IMG/VR virus record: IMGVR_UViG_3300030406_002796
Coordinates: 1 to 52,397 of that record
Reading direction: 5' to 3' (one strand)
Length of the DNA: 52,397 nucleotides
Origin: a virus
Taxonomy: Duplodnaviria; Caudoviricetes
Made by a program: the position numbers and the translations under genes. The notes beneath the pieces are model-generated. The model was not told where the DNA came from, searched no databases, and saw only the letters and a list, made by a program, of their open reading frames with translations. Of this stretch, positions 6,143 to 15,176 are shown piece after piece (the first letter of the stretch is position 1; every line of letters starts with the position of its first letter).

Positions 6143-6173
6143 TATTATCTTATTATACTTGTAGTTACTATGT
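6143..6173 (-). promoter_or_regulatory. putative phage early promoter, copy 7 (degenerate)
   Basis: ACATAGTAACTAC-N10-AGATAATA. Confidence 0.5.
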
Positions 6174-6211
6174 ATATAGAATTATATAAATTCTAAACGC
6201 ATAAAATCGAT

Positions 6212-6268
6212 GGGGGCTGGGTGAAATAATGGGGTTCTGTGGAGGGGGTGGGGGTGAAGGGGAGGGGG
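6212..6268 (+). other. G-tract island (G-quadruplex potential) at strand switch
   Basis: Seven runs of 3-5 G within 57 nt in very AT-rich surroundings. Confidence 0.7.
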
Positions 6269-6326
6269 ATATACGCTATACTCCTATATTTATAATACGG
6301 AAGAAAAGTAAATATGCTAAACACTA

Positions 6327-6343
6327 TGTAATTATGTAAAGTA
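6327..6343 (+). promoter_or_regulatory. putative late promoter motif
   Basis: TGTAATTATGTAAAGTA; related motifs at 11958, 24315, 36116, 46511. Confidence 0.45.
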
Positions 6344-6383
6344 TGGAATAACGGAACTAACCGTATAAATAAACAATACAAAT

Positions 6384-7250
6384 ATGGCAACAGTAAAAAC
6401 TACATTATCAATATCTAGCTCGGATTTATTATCTGATTCGCTAAGCTTTTCAACCACGGCAACTGTAACTAGAGACAGTCACTCATCTGGTTTAGCTAGA
6501 GAAAATATAACTAGTACAACTAAAGTAATGAAAATATCTTGTTTAGACGGAGATGCTTCTACAGACGGTGCTACTTTACAAGGACAATATTTAGATATAA
6601 CAGATAACCACGGGTTAAAAAGAAGATACGTAGTTGTAGACGGTGCCGCTACATCAGTGGCTACTGGAGATGTTATTACTTCAAGTACAGATATTGGATC
6701 TGACACTCCAGCTAATTTAGGTTTACCAGAGTTAGTTGGTGGTATAGCAATAGACGTACCAGCTGCCCAAACACAACACGCTGTACTTACACTACTGAAA
6801 GCAGCTATTGAACATGCTAATGGTCATAACGGATCTATTACTGTTGCTGCTGTATCTGGTACAGGTACTGGTCCACAAAATATTACATTAACAAACGCTA
6901 TTACTACAGAGAGTGGTATGTTCTTAGTTGATGCTGCAGGATCTAACTTGTCTATATTAGATAACACGGGAGATGCTGACGCTACACATAGTCAACAAAA
7001 CCACGCTAAATTAGTAGAAAAAGGTAAATATACTTCTCCCGCACAAGTTTATGTTAAGAACACTGCTACATATCATGCAACAAACAATGTTATATTTTTA
7101 TACTATGACAATCATGCTGCTGAAAATATTATGGAGATAAGAGGTGGTGAACACGCATTTATGCCAGTAACTGGTACAAACAATTTATGGGCCTATGCTT
7201 CAACAACTGGAACGGTTGCTGAATTTATGATAATAGGTACCGAAGCATAA
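6384..7250 (+). CDS. putative virion structural protein
   Basis: 288 aa, Thr/Ala/Gly/Ser-rich beta-type composition; first gene of late block. Confidence 0.6.
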   Translation: MATVKTTLSISSSDLLSDSLSFSTTATVTRDSHSSGLARENITSTTKVMKISCLDGDASTDGATLQGQYLDITDNHGLKRRYVVVDGAATSVATGDVITSSTDIGSDTPANLGLPELVGGIAIDVPAAQTQHAVLTLLKAAIEHANGHNGSITVAAVSGTGTGPQNITLTNAITTESGMFLVDAAGSNLSILDNTGDADATHSQQNHAKLVEKGKYTSPAQVYVKNTATYHATNNVIFLYYDNHAAENIMEIRGGEHAFMPVTGTNNLWAYASTTGTVAEFMIIGTEA

Positions 7251-7292
7251 TAAGGAAAATCCTTATACCTAATTAATTAAAACCAAAATAAC

Positions 7293-7586
7293 ATGACATA
7301 CATATACTATAAAAGTAGTTCATATACTACAGAACCTAAAATTTCAGAAAAACAATTAGATGAGTGGAGACACTTAGCTAATAAAAAGAACTGGAGAATA
7401 ACCCAGTTACCTAATGGTTATTATCAAACAGAGGTTAATAAACCTGAAGATAAAGATCAGTGGGTAGATATAACAAGAAGAGAAACGATGGAAGGCGCCG
7501 AAGCCGCTATAGATGGTAGCGTTGATCATTTCTCAAAAAAACTAGAGTACGTTAAAGGACCTAAAGTAGTAAAAACTTTTAAATAA
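7293..7586 (+). CDS. conserved hypothetical protein
   Basis: ORF track; WRITQLPNGYYQTE...W.D.TRRET. Confidence 0.75.
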   Translation: MTYIYYKSSSYTTEPKISEKQLDEWRHLANKKNWRITQLPNGYYQTEVNKPEDKDQWVDITRRETMEGAEAAIDGSVDHFSKKLEYVKGPKVVKTFK

Positions 7587-7592
7587 AACAAT

Positions 7593-7952
7593 ATGGCATT
7601 TAAACTAGGTAGCAGAAAAAATACACCAACACATATGGGAGGAGTAAGAGTTGTTACCACGCCATTAGATAAAGGTGCTATAGCGGAAGCTAGAAATGAT
7701 GGTAGTATAGCCATCAGCCCTGATGTAGATCAGTCCAATAAAAAACAAATGAATCGCATCATTAAGCATGAAATGAAACACATGCGAGATATGAAAGAAG
7801 GTAGAGCCGATTACGGTGATAACTGGATGATGTGGGACGGTAATATATACATCAGAAAAAATGGAGTGATAGATGGTCCTAACGGTAGTTGGCCAGAAGG
7901 CCATCCAAATCACCCATGGGAACAAGAGGCAATGCAAGCCGAAAATGAATAA
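7593..7952 (+). CDS. zincin-like metalloprotease (HExxH)
   Basis: IIKHEMKHM with downstream PWEQEA third-ligand-type motif; N-terminal MAFKL. Confidence 0.7.
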   Translation: MAFKLGSRKNTPTHMGGVRVVTTPLDKGAIAEARNDGSIAISPDVDQSNKKQMNRIIKHEMKHMRDMKEGRADYGDNWMMWDGNIYIRKNGVIDGPNGSWPEGHPNHPWEQEAMQAENE

Positions 7953-7976
7953 ATTAATCGATTAAATATTTAAAAA

Positions 7977-9503
7977 ATGGCATTTAAAATGGGACGCCCA
8001 GATATGGGTAAAGGAACTGGAATGAGTTCACAAAAAATGATGAGGCCAGGTTCTTCACAAAAGATGAAGCCTAGCCCACAAAGATTAGTAAGTAAGGCTG
8101 GAAAAGCAGCTGGTAGAGTAAGTAAAAGAATGACAAGAGCTGCTAGAGAAGCGGCAATGAACGCTGCTAGATCAGCAACGGGCGCAAGCGCTGGTAAAGT
8201 AATGGGTAGAGCAATGGGTGCAGGTGCTGGTAACACACTAAGCAAAGGTGTATCACCGCAAAAGCTTAGTGCAGTTGGAAAAGTTGTAAGAAAAGGAACT
8301 AGCAATATTATAAAAAAAGTAGGCACAAAAGGGAGAGTTTCTAAGGCTGTAAGAGCAGCGGGCAAAGCAATGAAATCAGGAGAAGCAAGAGCAATTGGTG
8401 GAGTAAAAATGGGTGGTAGAAGTTTTGGAGAAACAAAGTCACCACAAAAGATGGTTGGGGTTGCAAAAGCCGCAATGAGAGGAACTGGCAAGGTCGTAAG
8501 AAAAACAGTAGGAACATCTGTACGAAAATCTGTTCAAGCAGATCCAACAAAACTTAGAGCATCACGTGCTGCCGAGAAAGCAAGAAGAATGTCAGGTAAA
8601 GGAAAGGCAGTTGGTAAAAGCGCTGATTCACCACAAAAAATTGCGGGAGTCGTAGCTAGAGTTGGAAGTAGAGCATTGCCAGCTATTGCAAAAGGTGGTA
8701 AAAATCTTATTAAAAAAGGTAAAAATTTAATCAAGGGCAATAAAGGTAAAGCCGCTGGAACAGCAGCATTTACACCGGACATGTTTAAAAAAGCAGGTGG
8801 ATCTAAAGCTGGAAATATATTAAAGAATGTAATTAAGTATGGAACTCCTGCTGGAATAGCTTATAGTGCTATAAGTTCTCTCATGGGTGGTGGTAAAGGA
8901 AAAGGTTCGGAAGATGCTAGCAAAGGAGCTGGAGATGCTGCTAAAAAAGCTGCTGATAACGCAAAATACAGAGCAGCTAAGAAAAACAATCCTAAATTAG
9001 ATGCACTTATTAAAGAGCGAAAGAATCATAAAAAAGGATCTGACAAGTATAATGCTATACAAAATCAGATTAATAAAGCTTATGGATCTGGTAAAAGACA
9101 TGGTGTTACTGAAACTAAAGGAACAAAAGGTAGAGATACTGTAAAAAGAAAAAGAGTTCCTGGTTTATCAGATGAAGCTACGCTTATAAGAAGAAGAAAA
9201 GTAGGTGGAAACAAAATGATAAAGAGAGAAAAGAATTTAGAAACTGGAACTTCTAGAGAGGTTAAACTTAAACCAGGTTCTAAGAAAATGAAGATGAGAG
9301 ACTATGATGCTGCTGGAAACTTAACTAAGAAAACGAAAGTTAAAGGAGGAGGAGATAAAGTTAAGGTTACTAAAAGAGGCGCTGACACTGTAACTAAAAT
9401 TAAAATAAACAAAAGAACTGGACAGACTAGAACTAGAACTAGAAAGAAAAGATTTGAAGGTTTAGGTAATTTGATAACAGGTAAAAGAGGAGGTAGAAAG
9501 TAA
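7977..9503 (+). CDS. very basic Lys/Arg/Gly/Ala-rich protein with SPQK repeats (putative internal virion protein)
   Basis: 508 aa; MAFKM start; S[SP]Q[KR] x6. Confidence 0.7.
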   Translation: MAFKMGRPDMGKGTGMSSQKMMRPGSSQKMKPSPQRLVSKAGKAAGRVSKRMTRAAREAAMNAARSATGASAGKVMGRAMGAGAGNTLSKGVSPQKLSAVGKVVRKGTSNIIKKVGTKGRVSKAVRAAGKAMKSGEARAIGGVKMGGRSFGETKSPQKMVGVAKAAMRGTGKVVRKTVGTSVRKSVQADPTKLRASRAAEKARRMSGKGKAVGKSADSPQKIAGVVARVGSRALPAIAKGGKNLIKKGKNLIKGNKGKAAGTAAFTPDMFKKAGGSKAGNILKNVIKYGTPAGIAYSAISSLMGGGKGKGSEDASKGAGDAAKKAADNAKYRAAKKNNPKLDALIKERKNHKKGSDKYNAIQNQINKAYGSGKRHGVTETKGTKGRDTVKRKRVPGLSDEATLIRRRKVGGNKMIKREKNLETGTSREVKLKPGSKKMKMRDYDAAGNLTKKTKVKGGGDKVKVTKRGADTVTKIKINKRTGQTRTRTRKKRFEGLGNLITGKRGGRK

Positions 9504-10081
9504 TGGGTTTTAAATTAGCAGGAATGACATTTGGTGAGGGTACTGGTTCTGAGAATCAAGTACCCATTACCAATGCAAATCAAAGAAGAATAGATCGTAA
9601 AAGAAGAAAGGCTGAAAAGCTTAGAGAAAGAGCTGAAGAGCTTAGACAAAAAGGTGGTAGCGATAGAAGACTACAAAGATTAGAAAGAAGAGCATCGTCT
9701 AAAGAAATAAGAGCTGGTGTAAAAGAAGATATGGCTGATAACTTAGAAGCTGGTAAAGACAAGAAAGCTGATCTAGTAGATCCAAGAGGAGGTCAAACAC
9801 CAGGTTTAGAACATAGAGTTGAAAGACCTAAAATGTACGATGAAACAGGTGACTATATAGAAGGAACAGGTAAAAAAGATTCTGAACCAGTAGAGCCTAA
9901 AAAAGAAGAGCCGATAAACTACGACAACATGAGTTTTAGTGAAGCATACAGAGCTGCAAGAAACAAAAATAAAGAAGCTGGTATAGCTCACTACGGAGAT
10001 GAAAGAGGTTATTTTACTTATAAAGGTAAAAAATATAATACTGAATCTAGAGAAGAAAAAGCTAAGAGAACAGGAAAGTAG
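9503..10081 (+). CDS. charged hypothetical protein (MGFK start)
   Basis: C-terminal SFSEAYRAAR...FTYKGKKYNT module; TAATG overlap. Confidence 0.7.
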   Translation: MGFKLAGMTFGEGTGSENQVPITNANQRRIDRKRRKAEKLRERAEELRQKGGSDRRLQRLERRASSKEIRAGVKEDMADNLEAGKDKKADLVDPRGGQTPGLEHRVERPKMYDETGDYIEGTGKKDSEPVEPKKEEPINYDNMSFSEAYRAARNKNKEAGIAHYGDERGYFTYKGKKYNTESREEKAKRTGK

Positions 10082-10128
10082 TAGAGCTTTAAATCTACAA
10101 AATTAAATTAAATTAAATTAAATACATT

Positions 10129-11694
10129 ATGGAATATAACTTACCAAGCGATTTGGTTAAAAATCTAGACTTTGGTAGTGACGCTAAAAAAAGAGTTATT
10201 ACTGGAGTTAATAAATTAGCCCAAGCCGTTAAATCAACATTAGGTGCATCAGGAAAATGCGTTATATATGAAGATGGTAGAGGCAAACCGGTCATAACAA
10301 AAGATGGGGTAACCGTTGCAGAAAGCGTAGTCTTATATGACCCGGTAGAAAACATGGGTGCTACTTTAATCAAAGAAGCTGCCAGAAATACAGTTAAGGA
10401 TGCTGGTGATGGCACAACAACTGCTACAGTATTAGCTGAAGCAATAATCAAACAAATAGATACTGCGGTCGCAGAAGGTCTAACAATCAGAGAAATTAAA
10501 GACGGGGTTAACAGTACATTAAAAGATGTTATTGATTACTTAGATAGTGTAGCTATTGAAGTAAAAGATGATATGCTAAAAGCTGTTAGTGCTATATCAT
10601 GTAACAACGATAAGAAGCTAGGAGCTATTATAGCTGAAGCTTATGATAAGGTTGGTAAAAATGGTGTAGTGCTAATGGAAGAAAGCGAATCAGAAGATAC
10701 ATACGTTGATATTGTAGACGGTGTTAAAATAGATTGTGCTATAACTTCTCCACATTTTGTTACTAATACAGAAAAACAAACTTGTGAATTAGATAATCCT
10801 TTAGTACTTATATGTTCTTCTGAAATACCTAATGTGCGTAAGATACAAAATATACTAGAGTATGTTATTAAAAACAATAGAGCTTTATTAATAGTAGCGC
10901 CAGTGGCACAACAAGTTAAAGCCGCTTTACTTATGAATAAAGTAAAAGGTACTATTAAAGTTAATGTTATAGACTTACCAGGCTTTGGTCCTACTAAAAA
11001 AGACGCTACAGAAGATTTAGCTATATTAACTGGAGCTACAGTAATGAATGAAGAACTTGGTGATGATTTAGATTTAATGAAGCCAGAGCATTTAGGTGAA
11101 GCTGACTTCGCTGTAACTGATGATAAAAATACTGTGCTAACACTAGAAGGTATGAATCAAGATATTGAAGATAGGATAGATGAGTTAAATAAACATTTAG
11201 CTGAAGAGCAAAATAGTTTTATTAAAAAGAAACTAGAAGACAGGTTAGTTATGTTATCTGGTAGTGTAGGTATAATAAGGGTAGGCGCTAACTCTAAGGT
11301 TGAGTTAAAAGAAAAGAAAGACAGAGTTGAAGATGCTATATACGCTACTAAAGCAGCATTGCAAGAAGGTATTGTACCAGGAGGTGGCGTAGCATTATTA
11401 AACGCTAGCCAAAAAATTTCGACCAGCAGAGCTGGTAAGGTATTGCTTAATGCTTTATCCTCACCGTTTAATACTATATTAGATAATGCTGGTTTAGAAC
11501 AAGTAGCACCAAGACCTATTAAAGGTATAGGTGTAGATGTAGTAACCAGCAAAGAAGTTAACATGGTTGAGTCTGGTATTATTGATCCAGTGCTTGTAAC
11601 TAAGTCTGCACTTAAAAATGCTGTAAGTGTAGCTTTAACTATTATGTCAGCAGACTGTGTAATATCAAATATAAGAGTAAATGAAAGCAGTTAA
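10129..11694 (+). CDS. groEL: chaperonin GroEL (phage-encoded)
   Basis: ITKDGVTVA, AGDGTTTATVLA, KEKKDRVEDA, GIVPGGG, GIIDP..VTKSAL.NAVSVA. Confidence 0.98.
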   Translation: MEYNLPSDLVKNLDFGSDAKKRVITGVNKLAQAVKSTLGASGKCVIYEDGRGKPVITKDGVTVAESVVLYDPVENMGATLIKEAARNTVKDAGDGTTTATVLAEAIIKQIDTAVAEGLTIREIKDGVNSTLKDVIDYLDSVAIEVKDDMLKAVSAISCNNDKKLGAIIAEAYDKVGKNGVVLMEESESEDTYVDIVDGVKIDCAITSPHFVTNTEKQTCELDNPLVLICSSEIPNVRKIQNILEYVIKNNRALLIVAPVAQQVKAALLMNKVKGTIKVNVIDLPGFGPTKKDATEDLAILTGATVMNEELGDDLDLMKPEHLGEADFAVTDDKNTVLTLEGMNQDIEDRIDELNKHLAEEQNSFIKKKLEDRLVMLSGSVGIIRVGANSKVELKEKKDRVEDAIYATKAALQEGIVPGGGVALLNASQKISTSRAGKVLLNALSSPFNTILDNAGLEQVAPRPIKGIGVDVVTSKEVNMVESGIIDPVLVTKSALKNAVSVALTIMSADCVISNIRVNESS

Positions 11695-11938
11695 CGATTA
11701 TGTAATAGTTGATATAATAAAAGAAGGGCCAAAGAAAGTCGGAGGCTTTATATTAACAGATGAAACAGATGAAACAAATAGATATAAAAAAGCTAATATC
11801 ATATCTGTTGGGAATATGGTGGAAGTGGTTAAAGCTGGGGATAGTATATACTATGATGCTATTGCTGGTCATGATATTAGTTATAATGATAGTATGTACA
11901 GGGTAATACGTGCTAGGGATATAGTTATAGTAGAATAA
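11681..11938 (+). CDS. groES: co-chaperonin GroES
   Basis: MKAVNDYVIV...GGFIL...IISVG...VKAGDSIYY...VIRARDI; overlaps groEL end. Confidence 0.9.
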   Translation: MKAVNDYVIVDIIKEGPKKVGGFILTDETDETNRYKKANIISVGNMVEVVKAGDSIYYDAIAGHDISYNDSMYRVIRARDIVIVE

Positions 11939-11957
11939 TTACTATTTAGTAAAAACG

Positions 11958-11976
11958 TGTAATTACTATTAAAGTA
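11958..11976 (+). promoter_or_regulatory. putative late promoter motif
   Basis: TGTAATTACTATTAAAGTA in intergenic gap. Confidence 0.45.
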
Positions 11977-12054
11977 GATTATACATAAACTATAAACCAT
12001 AAACAACAAACATAAAATCAAAAATTAATTATTAATCTTTAAAAAATTTAAAAA

Positions 12055-12822
12055 ATGGATAGATTCGTTTATATTAGAAACGGTGAAGATGATGCTTATA
12101 TGAATAAGGTGTCAAACTTCAAAGGCATGGAGCAATCAGGTTCTGCCGAAGTATTACTTCGTTTTGAAGCTGCTGCAGGTGCTGCTGGTAATAATGCTGG
12201 CTTTGATTTAATAACTTTATCTGTAACAGATACAAAAGAAAAAGAAGCTATGTTCGCTATTGGTGGGGCTTTAGCTGGTGGAAAATCAGGATCAACAGCT
12301 GTTATAGCTGATGACCACGGAAATGTTTATTGCGATGACAACGTAACTGGAGTTACTAGTATTACTAAAAATACTTTAGGTAATAATACTGTTGATATAG
12401 AGCTTGTAACTGTAAATGATACACTTACTTCAGCTGACTCAGGAAAAACATTTGTATTTAACGATGCTGATGGTGCTGTTTTAACATTACCAGATTCAGG
12501 CGCTGGAGATATTGTAGGTTGGTTTGCTGATTTTTACATCAATGTAACTGCTACTTCAAACGCTCATAAAGTTGTTAATGCAGATACTAGTAATGAAAAA
12601 ATGTACGGTGTATTACACAATACAGATACTGATTCATCTGACGCAGATGTAACTTTTGCGGCTGTAGATGGCGATGGGTTTTCTGCCGTTAGTTGCGATG
12701 GTAGTACAACTGGTATTCAAGGTACTAGTTTTAGAGTTACTAATGTAGCAGCAGACAAATGGCACGTTACAGGAGATATACTTGCTACAGGCTCTCCTGC
12801 TACTTCATTCGCTGCTTCATAA
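12055..12822 (+). CDS. putative virion structural/decoration protein
   Basis: LTSADSGKTFVF...LTLP motif common in phage fibre/decoration domains. Confidence 0.55.
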   Translation: MDRFVYIRNGEDDAYMNKVSNFKGMEQSGSAEVLLRFEAAAGAAGNNAGFDLITLSVTDTKEKEAMFAIGGALAGGKSGSTAVIADDHGNVYCDDNVTGVTSITKNTLGNNTVDIELVTVNDTLTSADSGKTFVFNDADGAVLTLPDSGAGDIVGWFADFYINVTATSNAHKVVNADTSNEKMYGVLHNTDTDSSDADVTFAAVDGDGFSAVSCDGSTTGIQGTSFRVTNVAADKWHVTGDILATGSPATSFAAS

Positions 12823-12828
12823 TAGCAA

Positions 12829-13269
12829 ATGCGATTAACTAGTCACGATTTACGTGATTTACAAATCCTTAAGTATTACAGGCTCGTTAGAAAATGGGCC
12901 TGTAAGACTTACGGGTTAACAGATGCTGATCTTGAATTACTAATTTATTTAGATTGTAAAGGAAGATTTACGCGTCAAGAATTTATCGACGGTACTTACA
13001 CAATGAGTTGGGATAAGAACCGTTGGGAAAAATTAAGGAGGAATGGTTGGATAGAAACGTGGAGACACAGAAATAGAACAACCATCAAATACTCTGTATT
13101 CAAAACCTCCTTTAAGTGTTCACACTTAATAAGTAGAATATATCGTATACTTTTAGGGGAAGAAGATATACCTACTTCAGAAAAGAGTGTGTTTTTTACT
13201 AACCAATCATACACCGATAAGGTCATGAATAAGTCTATCGATGATATGATAAAAGATAATAAACGATGA
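12829..13269 (+). CDS. winged-helix (MarR-like) DNA-binding protein
   Basis: YGLTDADLELLIYLDCKGRFTRQEF...LRRNGWIE resembles MarR/wHTH. Confidence 0.55.
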   Translation: MRLTSHDLRDLQILKYYRLVRKWACKTYGLTDADLELLIYLDCKGRFTRQEFIDGTYTMSWDKNRWEKLRRNGWIETWRHRNRTTIKYSVFKTSFKCSHLISRIYRILLGEEDIPTSEKSVFFTNQSYTDKVMNKSIDDMIKDNKR

Positions 13270-13691
13270 TAGGAAAAATTGCAAATGGCTTATTCGGCAA
13301 GATAGTAGACAATGCGGAAGGAATACTTGACAAGGTTATTACGACAGACAAAGAAAGAGATGAGGCTAAGCTCGCTCTTAGAAGAGTTTTACTCGAAGCC
13401 GAAGCTGAAGCTTTCGCCAAAGAAGTTGAAGACAGAAAGAGCGCTAGGGATATGTATAAAGACGATGCGTTCATTCAAAAAGTACTTGCGACGTTATTTA
13501 CGGCAGCGTACTTTGGATTAAGCTTTATGATGTTTAGATACTTCGTAGTGGGTGATATACAAATGGGTGAGTTTGAAATTAGTTTCATCTCAACTATATT
13601 TGGTGCTATGAGTGCTAAAGTTAATACGGTAGTCGATTTCTTTTTCGGCGGATCGTCTAAAAAGAATCAAGAACAAAATAAAAATAAATAA
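13266..13691 (+). CDS. holin-like membrane protein (3TM holin type)
   Basis: LDKVITTDKER..AKL, DRKSARDM, two hydrophobic helices, DFFFGGS. Confidence 0.65.
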   Translation: MIGKIANGLFGKIVDNAEGILDKVITTDKERDEAKLALRRVLLEAEAEAFAKEVEDRKSARDMYKDDAFIQKVLATLFTAAYFGLSFMMFRYFVVGDIQMGEFEISFISTIFGAMSAKVNTVVDFFFGGSSKKNQEQNKNK

Positions 13692-13693
13692 TT

Positions 13694-14047
13694 ATGGGAA
13701 TAAATTCAACACAAGTTTCTTATGGCTTTGGCCAAATGGGTAGCGCTTATTGCGACACTGCAACAGCAGTTACTCCACCAGCTGGTAAAGTTATTGTGGC
13801 TATATACTTTATACAAGATAATACCCCAACAGCTTTAGTAGCTGAAGATCCATTAATGTATTTTAATACCGTATCTGCGGCACACGAGCAAGATACAACT
13901 GGAACAAACGCAACTGATCACGGTGATGGTGGTTTAGTTTTATCTGGCGCTAAGTTTAGAGGTGGATCTGTTATATATGGAAGGTGGACTAGTGTTACAC
14001 CTCAGGCTGATACTGATGGTGGTATAATCTGTTATTTCGGAGATTAA
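13694..14047 (+). CDS. putative structural protein
   Basis: GSVIYGRWTSV...ICYFG pattern; late operon. Confidence 0.55.
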   Translation: MGINSTQVSYGFGQMGSAYCDTATAVTPPAGKVIVAIYFIQDNTPTALVAEDPLMYFNTVSAAHEQDTTGTNATDHGDGGLVLSGAKFRGGSVIYGRWTSVTPQADTDGGIICYFGD

Positions 14048-14655
14048 TGTTAGGATTAGGAAATTCGTTAACACAAGGCGGGATTCAAATTGGTTTGTTA
14101 CATACGTATACTAGTGATTTTTCTGGAGGTGCTGGTGACGACTCAAGTGACTGGGAGGCTTTTAGTGTACAAAACTCAGCTAGTGATTTAACTTTAGCAA
14201 CGAATCAAACGGCACCAGGGTCTGGCGAAGCTGGTTGGCTAAAAGGTACGTTCGCTGTAACTCAAACAGATAGTAATGGGGCAGGTATAAAAAACACAAA
14301 TTTTTTTGCACCAGCTTCAGGCTTAGCTTTAAGTTCAGGTGGTTATCATGAGATTACTTTTAAATTATATCTAGATAATCCTGGTGGTAGTATAGGAGAC
14401 TATTGGGGCGGCACTGACGAAGTTAGAACGTATTGCGTTTTGAATAACATAGGTATAAACGACGATGGAGCTGGAGATGACCCAGGTGTACCACAGCATC
14501 AAGTTGCTACATTTGGACCTTCTATTTCTAATCAGTTTTCAGTATCTCAAACCACTGATACAGCAAAAATATATTGGGCTCAACTTGGCGATAGGCCCGC
14601 TGCCAATGCTGTATTTTATATAAAAGATATAGTGTGGAAAGTATACGGTTATTAA
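14047..14655 (+). CDS. putative structural protein with beta-sandwich/carbohydrate-binding-like domain
   Basis: MLGLGNSL N-terminus; C-terminal FYIKDI typical of CBM-like jelly rolls. Confidence 0.5.
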   Translation: MLGLGNSLTQGGIQIGLLHTYTSDFSGGAGDDSSDWEAFSVQNSASDLTLATNQTAPGSGEAGWLKGTFAVTQTDSNGAGIKNTNFFAPASGLALSSGGYHEITFKLYLDNPGGSIGDYWGGTDEVRTYCVLNNIGINDDGAGDDPGVPQHQVATFGPSISNQFSVSQTTDTAKIYWAQLGDRPAANAVFYIKDIVWKVYGY

Positions 14656-14680
14656 ATTATAAATTAAATTAAATTAAATT

Positions 14681-14962
14681 ATGGGAAAAAAAGAAAAAGT
14701 GATTGACCTTAAACCTAAGGTTGATAAGATATCAGACAAACATTTATCTGATTTACAAAAAGTAGTTAATACTATAAATGCTATACAATTTAATGTTGGC
14801 AAGATAGAGGCTCAAAAGCATATGTTACTACACAATTTAGATGAAGCACAAAAGGGTGTTAAGAAAATGCAAGACGTGCTAGTTAAAGAATATGGTACTT
14901 TTGACGTTAATTTAGACGATGGAACTATCAACTGGCCTAAAGAAAAGAAAGATGAAAAATAA
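14681..14962 (+). CDS. coiled-coil hypothetical protein
   Basis: ORF track; KEYG..DVNL.DGTI. Confidence 0.7.
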   Translation: MGKKEKVIDLKPKVDKISDKHLSDLQKVVNTINAIQFNVGKIEAQKHMLLHNLDEAQKGVKKMQDVLVKEYGTFDVNLDDGTINWPKEKKDEK

Positions 14963-15176
14963 TATCATCAGGAAAATTACCATAGGTAAAGACTATAAAA
15001 ATGATGCCATGCATTATGCTGTTGGTCAAGAAGTCTATGGTGGTCATAAAATTTGTGATATAATAGAAGAAGAAGATAAGTACTCTATTTATATTAGAAA
15101 AGACGATATAGTTATACCTTGGAAAGATTTTAACAAGAATATGGCTATATCAGTTGAGTATAACTTAGAATATTAA
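14952..15176 (+). CDS. conserved hypothetical protein
   Basis: IRKITIGKDYKNDAMHYAVGQEVYGGH; start moved to ATG 14952. Confidence 0.7.
   Translation: MKNNIIRKITIGKDYKNDAMHYAVGQEVYGGHKICDIIEEEDKYSIYIRKDDIVIPWKDFNKNMAISVEYNLEY

Noticed and set aside
1595-6173. Repeated motif as a CRISPR array or host TAnnTTTG promoter on the plus strand
   Set aside because: Copies are dispersed, degenerate and gene-associated; the plus-strand TA-to-TTTG spacing is wrong and would point antisense
6193-6390. 65-aa minus-strand ORF
   Set aside because: Artefact of the G-tract (Pro-rich), spans promoter region, no plausible start context
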